Made by a program: the position numbers and the translations under genes. The notes under the pieces are model-generated. The model was not told where the DNA came from. It was given only the letters and a program-made list of their open reading frames with translations, and did no database searches. A DNA stretch of 62,731 bases, the filler included, from Thermodesulfobacteriota bacterium (lineage in GTDB: Bacteria; DASVDK01), in assembly GCA_036381125.1 (NCBI GenBank). It is 9 parts of 9 records of this genome, joined end to end, with 100 filler letters (N's around TTAATTAATTAA, not from the genome) between each part and the next. Parts side by side here need not be neighbours in the genome. Positions count along the whole stretch, not along the records: positions 18,500 to 34,293 come from DASVDK010000236.1; positions 34,394 to 38,095 come from DASVDK010000238.1; positions 38,196 to 43,648 come from DASVDK010000239.1; 6 more parts are not named here. One strand, 5' to 3'. Positions 28,036-38,286 of the stretch are shown here, piece by piece. The stretch's first letter is position 1; every line of letters starts with the position of its first letter.

Positions 28036-28914
28036 ATGGCCAGTATCCTGAACGGCAAGGCCGTGGCGCAGGCTGTACGGGCTCGGGTTGCCGCCGAAGC
28101 CGCCGCGCTCGTCCGGACGACCGGCGTGACGCCGGGGCTGGCCGTCGTGCTCGTCGGCGATGACCCCGCCTCGGCGGTCTACGTGCGCAACAAGGACCGC
28201 GCCTGCCGCGAGGCGGGCATGGCGTCGACCACCCACCACCTGCCGGCCGACACCTCCGAATCGGCGCTCCTCGAGCTGCTCGCCCGGCTCAACGCCGATC
28301 GGACGGTCCACGGCATCCTCGTCCAGTTGCCGCTGCCGAAGCACATCCGCGAGGCGCGGGTGCTCGAGGCGATCGACCCGGCCAAGGACGTGGACGGGTT
28401 CCACCCGGAGAACGTCGGCCTGCTCACGATCGGCCGGCCCCGTTTCGTGCCGGCCACCCCGTCGGGCATCGTGGCGCTCCTCGAGGCGGCGGCGGTCGAC
28501 CCGGCCGGGCGGCGGGCCGTCGTCATCGGCCGCAGCAACATCGTCGGCAAGCCGACCGCGCTCCTCCTGCTGCACCGCCACGCGACCGTCACCGTCTGCC
28601 ACTCGCGCACCGTCGACCTGCCGGCCGTCGTGCGCGAGGCCGACATCGTCGTGGCCGCCATCGGCAAGCCGCAGGCGGTCAAGGGCGACTGGATCAGGCC
28701 CGGCGCCGTCGTCATCGACGTCGGCATCAACCGGCTGCCGGACGGGCGCCTCGTCGGCGACGTCGAGTTCGACGCGGCCTTGCGCGTGGCCGGGGCCATC
28801 ACGCCGGTCCCGGGCGGGGTCGGCCCCATGACGATCGCCATGCTCCTCGACAACACCCTGGCCGCGGCGAAGCGCGCCACGGCCGTCGCTGCGGGTGTGA
28901 AGGACACGCCATGA
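28036..28914 (+). CDS. folD: Methylene-THF dehydrogenase/cyclohydrolase
   Basis: [49 protein letters not shown]. Confidence 0.97.
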   Translation: MASILNGKAVAQAVRARVAAEAAALVRTTGVTPGLAVVLVGDDPASAVYVRNKDRACREAGMASTTHHLPADTSESALLELLARLNADRTVHGILVQLPLPKHIREARVLEAIDPAKDVDGFHPENVGLLTIGRPRFVPATPSGIVALLEAAAVDPAGRRAVVIGRSNIVGKPTALLLLHRHATVTVCHSRTVDLPAVVREADIVVAAIGKPQAVKGDWIRPGAVVIDVGINRLPDGRLVGDVEFDAALRVAGAITPVPGGVGPMTIAMLLDNTLAAAKRATAVAAGVKDTP

Positions 28915-30035
28915 CGGAGACAGCCCTCAAGCGCACCGCGCTCTTCGAGCAGCACCGGGCCCTCGGCGCCCGGATGGTCCCGTTCGGCGGGTGGGAGATG
29001 CCGGTCCAGTACCGCGGCGTGCTCGAGGAGCACGAGGCCGTGCGTACGAAGGCGGGCCTCTTCGACGTGAGCCACATGGGAGAGTTCATCGTCGACGGTC
29101 CCGGCGCGCTCGACGCGGTGCAGCGGGTCGTCACGAACGACGCCTCGACGCTCGAGGTGGGCCAGGTGCAGTACGCCGCCATGTGCCGGCCCACCGGCGG
29201 CACGGTCGACGACCTCACGGTCTACCGCCTCGGTCCGGAGCGGTACCTCCTCTGCGTGAACGCGGCGAACATCGACAAGGACTTCGCCTGGGTCACGGAG
29301 CAGGCGGGCACGACCCCGGGGGCCACCATCGCCAACGAGAGCGATCGGTGGAGCCTGCTCGCGCTCCAGGGGCCGCGGGCCGAGGCCATCCTCGGCCGGC
29401 TCACGCGCGCGGACCTCGCCCGCCTGGCCTACTACCACTGCACGCCGGCCGACGTGGACGGCGTGCCGGCCATCGTCTCCCGCACCGGCTACACCGGCGA
29501 GGACGGCTTCGAGATCTTCGTGCCGTGGGACACCGGTCCGCAGGTCTGGCGTCGGATCCTCGAGACCGGAGCCGCCGAGGGGATCCAGCCGATCGGCCTC
29601 GGCGCCCGCGACACGCTCCGGCTCGAGATGAAGTACGCCCTGTACGGCCACGAGCTGGACGAGACGACGACGCCGCTCGAGGCGGGGCTCGGCTGGGTGG
29701 TCAAGCTCGACAAGGGTGACTTCGTCGGCCGCGACGCCCTCGCGAAGCAGAAGGCCGAGGGGATCCGCAAGAAGCTCGTCGGCTTCGAGGTCGAGGGCCC
29801 CGGCATCGCCCGCGCCGAGCAGACGATCCACCGTCCGGGCGAGGCCGCGCCGGTCGGCGTCGTCACGAGCGGCACGATGTCCCCCACGCTGAGGAAGCCG
29901 ATCGGCCTCGGCTACGTCCCGCCCGACCTGGCCGCCGTGGGGACCCCGCTCGAGGTCGACGTACGGGGCCGCCGCGTGCCGATCCGCGTTGCCAGGACCC
30001 CGTTCGTCCCGAGCCACACCAAGAAGGCCGCCTGA
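28911..30035 (+). CDS. gcvT: Glycine cleavage T protein
   Basis: [45 protein letters not shown]. Confidence 0.97.
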   Translation: MTETALKRTALFEQHRALGARMVPFGGWEMPVQYRGVLEEHEAVRTKAGLFDVSHMGEFIVDGPGALDAVQRVVTNDASTLEVGQVQYAAMCRPTGGTVDDLTVYRLGPERYLLCVNAANIDKDFAWVTEQAGTTPGATIANESDRWSLLALQGPRAEAILGRLTRADLARLAYYHCTPADVDGVPAIVSRTGYTGEDGFEIFVPWDTGPQVWRRILETGAAEGIQPIGLGARDTLRLEMKYALYGHELDETTTPLEAGLGWVVKLDKGDFVGRDALAKQKAEGIRKKLVGFEVEGPGIARAEQTIHRPGEAAPVGVVTSGTMSPTLRKPIGLGYVPPDLAAVGTPLEVDVRGRRVPIRVARTPFVPSHTKKAA

Positions 30036-30053
30036 GGCCTCCCGGAGGTGACG

Positions 30054-30437
30054 ATGAAGTTCCCGGCCGACCTGAAGTACACCAAGGACCACGAGTGGTT
30101 GCGGCGCGAGGGGAACGTCGCCGTCGTCGGCATCACCGATCACGCGCAGGACGCGCTCGGCGACGTCGTGTTCGTCGAGCTGCCGCAGGTGGGCGCCGCG
30201 GTGAAGGCGAAGGGCACCTTCGGCGTCGTCGAGAGCGTCAAGGCGGTGTCGGACCTCTACGCGCCGGTCTCCGGCACGGTCGTCGAGGTGAACTCGAGCC
30301 TCCCCGACAACCCGGAGACCGTGAACAAGGACCCGTACGGTCAGGGCTGGATGATCAAGGTCGAGATGAGCGACCCGAAGGAGGTCGACGGCCTCATGAG
30401 CGCCGCCGACTACGAAACCTTCGTCAAGGAGAGCTGA
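30054..30437 (+). CDS. gcvH: Glycine cleavage H protein
   Basis: YTKDHEW, GITDHAQDALGD, VESVKAVSD lipoyl-Lys motif. Confidence 0.97.
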   Translation: MKFPADLKYTKDHEWLRREGNVAVVGITDHAQDALGDVVFVELPQVGAAVKAKGTFGVVESVKAVSDLYAPVSGTVVEVNSSLPDNPETVNKDPYGQGWMIKVEMSDPKEVDGLMSAADYETFVKES

Positions 30438-30442
30438 GCCCC

Positions 30443-31777
30443 GTGCGATACATCTCCACCACCGAGGCCGAGCGCAGGGCGATGCTCGAGGCCATCGGCG
30501 TGGCGTCGATGGACGACCTCCTCGCGCCGGTGCCGAAGGCGCTGCGCGACGGCGCGGCCATCCGCCTGCCCGACGCCGAGCCGGAGCCCGACCTGATGCG
30601 GCGGCTCAAGGCGATGGCGGCGAAGAACGCCGACAGCGACCGGACGCCGTCCTTCCTCGGCGCGGGCGTCTACCCGCACTTCCAGCCGTCGGTCGTGCCG
30701 CACCTCGCCCTCCGGGCCGAGTTCCTCACGAGCTACACCCCGTATCAGCCGGAAGTGGCCCAGGGGACGCTGCAGGCCATCTTCGAGTTCCAGACGATGG
30801 TCGCGGCGCTCTTCGGCATGGAGATCGCGAACGCCTCCATGTACGACGGCTCGACCGCCGCGGCCGAGGGCGTCCTCATGGCGCGTCGCGTCACCAGGCG
30901 CGACCGCGTGCTGGTCGCGCGGAGCCTGCACCCCGAGTACCGCGCCGTCATCGAGACGTACGGCCAGCGGATCGGCCTCGACGTGCAGACGATCCCGATC
31001 GGGCCGACGGGGGCGGTGGAGCCGGCCCGCCTCGCGCTCGACGACCGCGTGGCGGCCGTCGTGGTCGGCCACCCCAACTTCTTCGGCGTCGTCGAGCCGC
31101 TCGGCGAGATCGCCGAGGCGGCGCACGGGGCGGGCGCCCTCCTCGTGACCAGCACCCCCGAGGCGCTCGCCCTCGCGCTCCTCAAGGGCCCGGGCGCCCT
31201 CGGCGCCGACATCGCCACCGGCGAGGGGCAGTGCTTCGGCGTGCCGGCCTCCTACGGCGGCCCGCACGTCGGCCTCTTCGCCACCCGCGAGCGGTTCCTG
31301 CGGCAGATGCCGGGGCGGCTCGCCGGCGAGACGGTGGACGCCACGGGCAAGCGCGGCTACGTCCTCACGCTCGCGACGCGCGAGCAGCACATCCGGCGCG
31401 AGGCGGCGACCTCCAACATCTGCACCAACTCCGGCCTCATCGCGATGATCGCCACCGTCTATCTTTCCGCGCTCGGCCGGCACGGTCTCGCGCGGCTCGC
31501 CCGCCAGAACCACGCCAGGGCCGAGTACGCCAAGGCGCGGCTCAGGGAGAAGGGGCTCGGCCTGCCCTTCTCCGGCCCCACGTTCAACGAGTTCGTCGTG
31601 GAGACGAAGCGGCCGGCCGACGAGACGGTCCGCCGCGTGCTCGACGAGGCCGGCATCGTGGCCGGCCTCCCGCTCTCCCGCTTCTTCCCGGACATGCCGA
31701 AGGGGCTCCTCGTCTGCGTGACCGAGCAGCACCCGAAGGCCGACATCGACCGGCTCGTGGAGGCGCTCGCGCGATGA
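30443..31777 (+). CDS. gcvPA: Glycine dehydrogenase subunit 1
   Basis: YTPYQPEVAQGTLQAIFEFQT, NASMYDG, TREQHIRREAATSNICTN. Confidence 0.97.
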   Translation: MRYISTTEAERRAMLEAIGVASMDDLLAPVPKALRDGAAIRLPDAEPEPDLMRRLKAMAAKNADSDRTPSFLGAGVYPHFQPSVVPHLALRAEFLTSYTPYQPEVAQGTLQAIFEFQTMVAALFGMEIANASMYDGSTAAAEGVLMARRVTRRDRVLVARSLHPEYRAVIETYGQRIGLDVQTIPIGPTGAVEPARLALDDRVAAVVVGHPNFFGVVEPLGEIAEAAHGAGALLVTSTPEALALALLKGPGALGADIATGEGQCFGVPASYGGPHVGLFATRERFLRQMPGRLAGETVDATGKRGYVLTLATREQHIRREAATSNICTNSGLIAMIATVYLSALGRHGLARLARQNHARAEYAKARLREKGLGLPFSGPTFNEFVVETKRPADETVRRVLDEAGIVAGLPLSRFFPDMPKGLLVCVTEQHPKADIDRLVEALAR

Positions 31778-33282
31778 CGTCGCGAATGGACCAGCCGGGG
31801 GTCACCCACCTCGGCTTCGACGAGGGGACGATCTTCGAGCGGAGCGTCGAGGGGCGCGAGGGGGCGTCGCTGCCGGCGCTCGACGTGCCCGACGCCGACC
31901 CGGCCCGCACGATCCCGGCGGCGCTCCTTCGCGAGACGTCGGCCGGCGTCGAGGGGCTCCCCGAGGTGAGCGAGGTGGACGTCGTCCGGCACTTCACCCG
32001 GCTGTCCACCTGGAACTACGCCATCGACCTCGGGTTCTACCCGCTCGGCTCCTGCACGATGAAGTACAACCCCAAGGTCAACGAGGAGGCGGCGAGCCTG
32101 CCCGGCTTCGCGCAGATCCACCCCTACCTCCCCGAGGACCTCGTGCAGGGCGCGCTCGAGCTGATGTGGCACCTCGAGCGGCAGCTCGCGGAGATCACCG
32201 GTCTCTCGCGCGTGACCCTGCAGCCGGCCGCCGGCGCCCACGGGGAGCTGACCGGCGTCCTCATGATCCGCGCCTACCACGAGGCCCAGGGCAGGCCGCG
32301 CAAGAAGGTGCTCGTCCCCGACAGCGCCCACGGCACCAACCCGGCCTCCTCGGCCATGGCCGGCTACGAGGTCGTGACCATCAAGAGCGGGCCCAGGGGG
32401 GTCGTCGAGCCCGCCGCCGTGGCGGCGGCCATGGACGACGAGGTGGCCGCCCTGATGCTGACCAACCCCAACACGCTCGGCCTCTTCGAGGAGCACATCC
32501 TCGAGATCGGCGAGATCGTGAAGGCCAGGGGGGGGCTCCTCTACCTCGACGGCGCCAACACCAACGCCCTCATGGGCGTCGCCAAGCCGGGCGACATGGG
32601 CGTGGACGTCATGCAGATGAACCTGCACAAGACCTTCTCCACGCCGCACGGCGGCGGCGGGCCGGGCTCCGGCGCGGTCGGCGTGTCGGCGCGCGTCGAG
32701 CCCTACCTGCCGGTCCCGCTCGTCGCGAAGGAGGGCGACCGGTACCGGTTCGACTTCGACCGGCCGAAGAGCATCGGCCGGATGAAGGCCTTCTACGGCA
32801 ACTTCCTCACGCTCGTCCGCGCGTACACGTACATCTGCTCCATGGGGGCCGACGGGCTCACGGAGGCCTCGCGCACGGCCATCCTCCACGCCAACTACCT
32901 GCGCGCCAGGCTCAGAGGCACCTACGAGCTGCCCTACGACCGGCCCTGCATGCACGAGGTGGTCTTCACCGACAAGCTCCAGAAGAGCCGGTACGACGTG
33001 ACGACGCTCGACATCGCCAAGCGGCTCATCGACTACGGCTTCCACCCGCCGACGGTCTACTTCCCGCTCGTCGTGCCGGGCGCGCTCATGATCGAGCCCA
33101 CGGAGACCGAGTCGCTCTCGAGCCTCGACGGGTTCGTCGACGCGATGAAGAAGATCGCCGACGAGGCGGCCAACTCCCCCGACACCGTGCGCAAGGCCCC
33201 GCACTCGACGCGGCTCAAGCGGCTCAACGAGACGAGGGCCGCACGCGAGCCGCGCCTGACCGCGCTCGAGCCCGCCGGATAG
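31774..33282 (+). CDS. gcvPB: Glycine dehydrogenase subunit 2
   Basis: YPLGSCTMKYNP, SAHGTNPAS, NLHKTFSTPHGGGGPG, MIEPTETES. Confidence 0.97.
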   Translation: MTSRMDQPGVTHLGFDEGTIFERSVEGREGASLPALDVPDADPARTIPAALLRETSAGVEGLPEVSEVDVVRHFTRLSTWNYAIDLGFYPLGSCTMKYNPKVNEEAASLPGFAQIHPYLPEDLVQGALELMWHLERQLAEITGLSRVTLQPAAGAHGELTGVLMIRAYHEAQGRPRKKVLVPDSAHGTNPASSAMAGYEVVTIKSGPRGVVEPAAVAAAMDDEVAALMLTNPNTLGLFEEHILEIGEIVKARGGLLYLDGANTNALMGVAKPGDMGVDVMQMNLHKTFSTPHGGGGPGSGAVGVSARVEPYLPVPLVAKEGDRYRFDFDRPKSIGRMKAFYGNFLTLVRAYTYICSMGADGLTEASRTAILHANYLRARLRGTYELPYDRPCMHEVVFTDKLQKSRYDVTTLDIAKRLIDYGFHPPTVYFPLVVPGALMIEPTETESLSSLDGFVDAMKKIADEAANSPDTVRKAPHSTRLKRLNETRAAREPRLTALEPAG

Positions 33283-33304
33283 GCGGCGGCGCGCCGGGCG
33301 CGCG

Positions 33305-34293
33305 CTACGGCCTGGCGCGGAACGGGGGCCGGCGGAAGAGGTCGCGCAGATCGCGGTCGTCGGGGCCGAAGTAGGTGATGCGACCGCTGCCGGCCAGGAC
33401 CGCGAAGCCGAAGGGGAAGCGCAGGCGGCCGTCCGGGTCGAGCACGCCGGCCGGCGGGGCGGGGTAGGGGGCGGCCGCCCGCACGGCGCGCACCGCCTCT
33501 TCGTCGAGCGACGGCACGCCGGACGTCCGCGTCACCTCGGCCGACTCCACGCGCCCATCCTTGCCGATCACCAGGAAGAGCTCCGTCAGGGACTCGCGAG
33601 GGATCGACTCGCGCGTCGCGTCGAGCACGCGCTGGGGGTTCCACTGCGCGGCGATGCCTCGCTTGATCTGGTTGAAGTAGTACGCGTACCGGAACTCTCG
33701 GCTGTTGAGGAAGGTCTCCTCGCCCTCTTCGATCCCCGGCAGGTAGTCGGACGCGCGGCCGCCCCCCTGGCCGCCCGCGCCGCGGCGCGGCTCGGCGGCC
33801 CTCGGGTCCAGGCGCGCGAGCTGGCCCGGGCCCGGAAGGAGCCGGTCGAGCCCGGGAAGGGCCCGCCGGGTGTCGTCGCCGTCGCCGTCGGTGTCGGGAC
33901 GCCGGTTCGGATCGGGACTCGTGCGGCCGCGGCTCGTCGCGCCCGGGGAGGCGGGCGGCGGCAGGTCGCGCGGCGGCTCCACGGGAGATTCGCGACGCGG
34001 CGCGGCCGGCGGCGCCTGGCGGGGCGGCTCCACCCGGGCGACCTGCGAGCCGGCGTCGTCCGGCCGCGCGGGAGGCGGCGTTGCGCGGGCCACGGGGGGC
34101 TCGGGTGTCGCGGGGCGCGGCTGGGGCGCTTCTGCGCGCGGCTGCGGGGTCTCGGCCCGCGGCTGCGGCGGCGGGGCCGGCGTTGCCTGTGCCACCGGCG
34201 GCTCCGCGCGGGGCGGCTCGGCCGGCGCAGGCCGCTCGGGCGGCGGCGCGGGGCGCGCCGCCTCGGCCTGCGGCACGGGAGGCGGCGTGGGGC
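33305..34293 (-). CDS. tonB: TonB family energy transducer (5' partial)
   Basis: Pro-rich spacer; TFLNSREFRYAYYFNQIKR..W; SGVPSLDEEAVRAVRAAAPYPAPP. Confidence 0.85.
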
Positions 34294-34393
34294 NNNNNNN
34301 NNNNNNNNNNNNNNNNNNNNNNNNNNNNNNNNNNNNNTTAATTAATTAANNNNNNNNNNNNNNNNNNNNNNNNNNNNNNNNNNNNNNNNNNNN
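34294..34393. other. Artificial contig spacer
   Basis: N-run with TTAATTAATTAA. Confidence 0.99.
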
Positions 34394-34424
34394 CGCATAC
34401 CGTCTCCTTGCGTCGACAAGAGGA

Positions 34425-34454
34425 AGCCTAACTGCCGACTGTCGACAGCGTCAA
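34425..34454 (-). promoter_or_regulatory. Putative promoter of a gene truncated by the contig edge
   Basis: Minus strand TTGACG-N18-TAGGCT, then AAGGAG RBS and ATG at 34398. Confidence 0.45.
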
Positions 34455-34547
34455 CCCGACGACGAACGTTGTTCGTCTTTTCACAAAGCAGAGCGGGCAC
34501 CGGGACCGCCGGGCCGGGTGGCACCAGCCCGGCCCGGGCGGCCGGGA

Positions 34548-35471
34548 TCAGCGAGGGGTGCTGGCGTTGCCCGACGGCTCGAACACGACGGCCCCACCCT
34601 GCGCCGGCTGGGTGAGCGCCGGCGGAGCCGGTGCCGGCTCGACGGCGGCCGGCCGGGGAGCCGTCGGCGCCTGGGCGGCCGGCGCGGGCTGCCCGACCTC
34701 GGACCCCGGTCCGGCGGTGAAGGCCGGCCAGGCGCCGGCCGCGGTCACCGCGGTGATGGTGACCGGCGAGCCGAGCCGCGCGAGCGCATACGTGGCCGCC
34801 TCGACCTCCGCCTGGCGCCGGATGGCGTACGCCTCGGTGCGTGCCAGCTCCGCCTCCGCGCTGGCGAGCGCGGCCTGCGCGTCGGCCAGCGGCGGATAGG
34901 CCACCTGCTCGACCCCGGGCCGCGTCGCGGCGAGAGCCCGCTCGCGGGCGACCCTGACCTTCCGGCGCGCCACCTCGGCGCGGGCCTCGGCCACCGGCAC
35001 CATGGCCCTCGCATGGGCGGCGCGCGCCGCGGCCAGCGTCTCCCTCGCCTCGGCCTGCTTCTGGAACTGCTCCGCGCGCTCGAGGAGCGACAGGACCGGC
35101 GCGCTGTCGAGCCCCGCTTCCGCGCCGAACCGCCGGGCGAGCTCGGCCCGGGTACGGGCCGCCCGGACGAAGCCCTTGGCCGTGACCGCCTCGTCGGTGG
35201 CGAGCGCCGCCTCGAGGGCCCGGCGGTCGACCAGGCGCCGTGCCGCGGCAACCGCGTCGACGGCCGCTTCGGCCTCGCGCTGGGCGGCCGCGAGCGCCTG
35301 CCGCTCCGCGGCGGGAGCCGTCTCGAGGCGGGCCTGCTCGGGATCGACCGGCTGGCTGGCCTGACCATTGCCCCGGGGTGCGGTGGACTGACAGCCAGCC
35401 ACCGCGATGGAGGCGAGCAGGGCGGCGGCGAGGGCAGCCCCTCGGCCGGCGCGCGACCTAGCCGTGATCAT
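34548..35471 (-). CDS. Hypothetical Ala-rich coiled-coil lipoprotein
   Basis: Lipobox-like IAVAG-C; AAGGAG RBS 8 nt before ATG 35471. Confidence 0.65.
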   Translation of the reverse strand: MITARSRAGRGAALAAALLASIAVAGCQSTAPRGNGQASQPVDPEQARLETAPAAERQALAAAQREAEAAVDAVAAARRLVDRRALEAALATDEAVTAKGFVRAARTRAELARRFGAEAGLDSAPVLSLLERAEQFQKQAEARETLAAARAAHARAMVPVAEARAEVARRKVRVARERALAATRPGVEQVAYPPLADAQAALASAEAELARTEAYAIRRQAEVEAATYALARLGSPVTITAVTAAGAWPAFTAGPGSEVGQPAPAAQAPTAPRPAAVEPAPAPPALTQPAQGGAVVFEPSGNASTPR

Positions 35472-35525
35472 GCGCACAACTCCTTGCCAAGTGGGGGAAG
35501 GAAGGGGCGTATGCTAGCGTGAGGC

Positions 35526-36011
35526 GTGCCGACCGTCTACCTCGATGCGGATGCCGCCCCCAACAAGGACATCGTCCTGGCCGCAGCCGCCCGCTACCGC
35601 CTTCCGCTCGTCGTCGTGTCGGGCCGGCCGCTCCGGTCGCTGGCCGGAAGGCCGGGCGTCGAGGTGATCGTGGCCGGCGCCGCCGCCGACGCCGCCGACC
35701 GCGAGATCCTCTGCCGCGTCGCGGCGGGCGACCTCGTGCTGACCTCGGACCTGCCGCTCGCGCGCGCCGCGATCGAGAAGGGCGCACGCGTCCTCGACTT
35801 CCGGGGCGACGCGCTCACGGACGACAACATCCACGACCGGCTCGCCACGCGCGACCTCATGCAGGCCTTGCGCTCGACCGGCGAGGTCTCCGAGGGCGCA
35901 AGCGGCCCGGCTCCCCTCACGCCGGCCGATCGGCGCCGCTTCGCCGGGGCGGTCGACCGCTCGTGCGCCGCGCTGGCGCGCGGAGTCGGGAGGGGGCCTC
36001 CCCCCTCCTGA
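35526..36011 (+). CDS. YaiI/YqxD (DUF188) family protein
   Basis: YLDADAAP, DAADREI, GDLVLTSDLPLA, RLATRDLM. Confidence 0.9.
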   Translation: MPTVYLDADAAPNKDIVLAAAARYRLPLVVVSGRPLRSLAGRPGVEVIVAGAAADAADREILCRVAAGDLVLTSDLPLARAAIEKGARVLDFRGDALTDDNIHDRLATRDLMQALRSTGEVSEGASGPAPLTPADRRRFAGAVDRSCAALARGVGRGPPPS

Positions 36012-36066
36012 CAGCTCGACCACGGGTGACCATGCGTCGCGCCGCCGTCGCGGCGCGACTCGCTCG

Positions 36067-36090
36067 GCCCGGCAGAGCCGGGCTTCTCTT
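36067..36090 (+). terminator. Terminator-like hairpin just upstream of the VOC gene RBS
   Basis: GCCCGGC-AGA-GCCGGGC followed by TTCTCTT. Confidence 0.45.
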
Positions 36091-36103
36091 CGGGAGGACC
36101 TCC

Positions 36104-36490
36104 ATGCCGACCTTCTCAGCCGTCTCCCACGTCGTCCTCACCGTGCGCGACCTCGAGACGAGCACCAGGTGGTACCGGGACCTTTTCGGGCTGACGAGCG
36201 CGGGCGGGCACCCCGGCGTCTCGCTCCTGCTCCACCCGGAGTCGAAGCTCCTCTTCGTGCTGGTGCAGCACGAGCGAAGCGACGGGAGGCCCTTCGACGA
36301 GACGCGGGTCGGCCTCGACCACCTCGCGTTCCTCGTGTCGGGCCGCGCGGAGCTCGAGGCCTGGAAGCGCACCTTCGAGGAGCGCGGCGTGAAGCACTCG
36401 CCCATCGCCACCGAGTCCTACGGACAGGTGCTGGTCTTCCGGGACCCGGACAACATCCAGCTCGAGTTCTTCGCGAACCCCGGGACGTAG
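36104..36490 (+). CDS. VOC/glyoxalase family protein
   Basis: HVVLTVRDLETSTRWY, GLDHLAF, FRDPDNIQLE. Confidence 0.92.
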   Translation: MPTFSAVSHVVLTVRDLETSTRWYRDLFGLTSAGGHPGVSLLLHPESKLLFVLVQHERSDGRPFDETRVGLDHLAFLVSGRAELEAWKRTFEERGVKHSPIATESYGQVLVFRDPDNIQLEFFANPGT

Positions 36491-36496
36491 ACGGGA

Positions 36497-38095
36497 TCAG
36501 TCGAAGCGGCGGACGGGGCGCCTGTCGGCGGGGAGGACGCGCTTGCGCAGGCGGATCGACTTCGGCGTGACCTCGACCAGCTCGTCCTCGTCGATCCACT
36601 CGAGCGCCTGCTCGAGGCTCATCTGCCGGTGGGGCGACAGGGTGACGAGGATCTCCTGCGTCGACGCGCGGATGTTCGTGAGCTTCTTCTCGCGGACGGC
36701 GTTGACGTTGAGGTCGCTGTCGCGGTTGTGCTCGCCGATGATCATCCCCTCGTAGACCTCGGTGCCGGGCCCGACGAAGAGGACGCCGCGCGGCTCGAGG
36801 TTGAGGAGCGCGTAGGTGGTGGTGACGCCTGCCCGGTCGGCGACGAGCGCGCCGTTGGGCCGGCGGCCGATGTCGCCGGCCCACGGCTCGTAGCCCTCCA
36901 CCCGCGTGTGGAGCAGCCCTTCGCCGCGCGTGCCGGTGAGGAACTCCGAGCGCAGCCCGATGAGGCCGCGCGACGGGATGTCGAACTCGAGCCGGACCCG
37001 GCCGTGGCCGTCGTAGTGCATGTTGGCCATCCGCCCCTTGCGGCGGGCGAAGAGCTCGGTGACGGTCCCGATATGGGCCTCGGGCACGTCGACCACCGCG
37101 TGCTCGATCGGCTCGAGTCGGCCGCCGGCCGGGTCGCTCCGCGTGACCACCTCGGGACGGCTCACCATCAGCTCGTAGCCTTCCCGCCGCATCTGCTCGA
37201 TGAGCACCGCGAACTGCAGCTCCCCCCGCCCGAGCACCGTGAAGGCGTCGGCCGACGGCTGGGGCCCGAGGCGCAGCGCCACGTTCCGCAGCACCTCGCG
37301 CTCGAGGCGGTCCCTGATGTTGCGGGAGGTGACGAACTCCCCTTCCCGGCCGGCGACGGGCGACGTGTTCGCGTAGAACACCATCGCCACCGTCGGCTCG
37401 TCGACCCGCACCCGCGGCAGCGCGGCCGGGCGCTCGGCGTCGGCGATCGTGTCGCCGATCCGGACGTCCTCGACGCCGGCGGCGGCGACGATGTCGCCCG
37501 CCACCGCCTCCTCCACCGGCTCCTGCCTGAGCCCCTCGAACGCGAAGAGCGCCGTCAGCTTCGCGCGCGTCTGCACCGTTCGGCCGTCCGGCCCCTCGCC
37601 GATGACCGCGTACGTCTGGTTGGCCCTGATCCGCCCCGCGACGAGGCGCCCGATGGCCAGCCGGCCGAGGTAGTCGGAGTAGCCGAGGTTGCAGACGAGG
37701 AGCTGCGCCGGCGCGTCGACGTCGGCCGGCGGGGCCGGGATCGTCTCGACGATCGCCTCGAAGAGCGGCCGCAGGTCGAAGCGGCCGCGCATCTCCTCGA
37801 GGCCGAGGCCCGCGACCTCGGCCGGGTCCGCCACGGCGACGCCCGCCTTCGCCACCGCATAGATCGCCGGGAAGTCGGCCTGCTCCTCGGAGGCGCCGAG
37901 GTCGATGAAGAGATCGAAGATCTGGTCGAGGACCTCCTTGGGCCGGGCATCCTGACGGTCGATCTTGTTGATCACCACGATCAGCCTGAGGCCGGCCTCG
38001 AGCGCCTTGCGCAGCACGAAGCGGGTCTGCGGCAAGGGGCCCTCGGCCGCGTCGACGAGCAGCAGCGCACCGTCGACCATGGCGAGGATCCGCTC
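36497..38095 (-). CDS. typA: Translational GTPase TypA/BipA (5' partial)
   Basis: [56 protein letters not shown]. Confidence 0.97.
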   Translation of the reverse strand, partial: ERILAMVDGALLLVDAAEGPLPQTRFVLRKALEAGLRLIVVINKIDRQDARPKEVLDQIFDLFIDLGASEEQADFPAIYAVAKAGVAVADPAEVAGLGLEEMRGRFDLRPLFEAIVETIPAPPADVDAPAQLLVCNLGYSDYLGRLAIGRLVAGRIRANQTYAVIGEGPDGRTVQTRAKLTALFAFEGLRQEPVEEAVAGDIVAAAGVEDVRIGDTIADAERPAALPRVRVDEPTVAMVFYANTSPVAGREGEFVTSRNIRDRLEREVLRNVALRLGPQPSADAFTVLGRGELQFAVLIEQMRREGYELMVSRPEVVTRSDPAGGRLEPIEHAVVDVPEAHIGTVTELFARRKGRMANMHYDGHGRVRLEFDIPSRGLIGLRSEFLTGTRGEGLLHTRVEGYEPWAGDIGRRPNGALVADRAGVTTTYALLNLEPRGVLFVGPGTEVYEGMIIGEHNRDSDLNVNAVREKKLTNIRASTQEILVTLSPHRQMSLEQALEWIDEDELVEVTPKSIRLRKRVLPADRRPVRRFD

Positions 38096-38195
38096 NNNNN
38101 NNNNNNNNNNNNNNNNNNNNNNNNNNNNNNNNNNNNNNNTTAATTAATTAANNNNNNNNNNNNNNNNNNNNNNNNNNNNNNNNNNNNNNNNNNNN
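38096..38195. other. Artificial contig spacer
   Basis: N-run with TTAATTAATTAA. Confidence 0.99.
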
Positions 38196-38286
38196 GCAGG
38201 CAGGTCTTGGGGTCTTTCATGCATTCCAGTGTGGCACGCGTCAGGCCGGCTCGTCTACAGCAGTCGTGCCTCGGCGTTAGCCCGCG

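Noticed and set aside
27937-28911. Glycine riboswitch before the gcv genes
   Set aside because: gcvT overlaps the folD stop, and the short folD leader shows no recognisable aptamer.
38232-38246. TGGCACG-N4-AGGC upstream of the phage ATPase
   Set aside because: Poor -12 box, and it lies at a contig edge, probably within an upstream gene tail.
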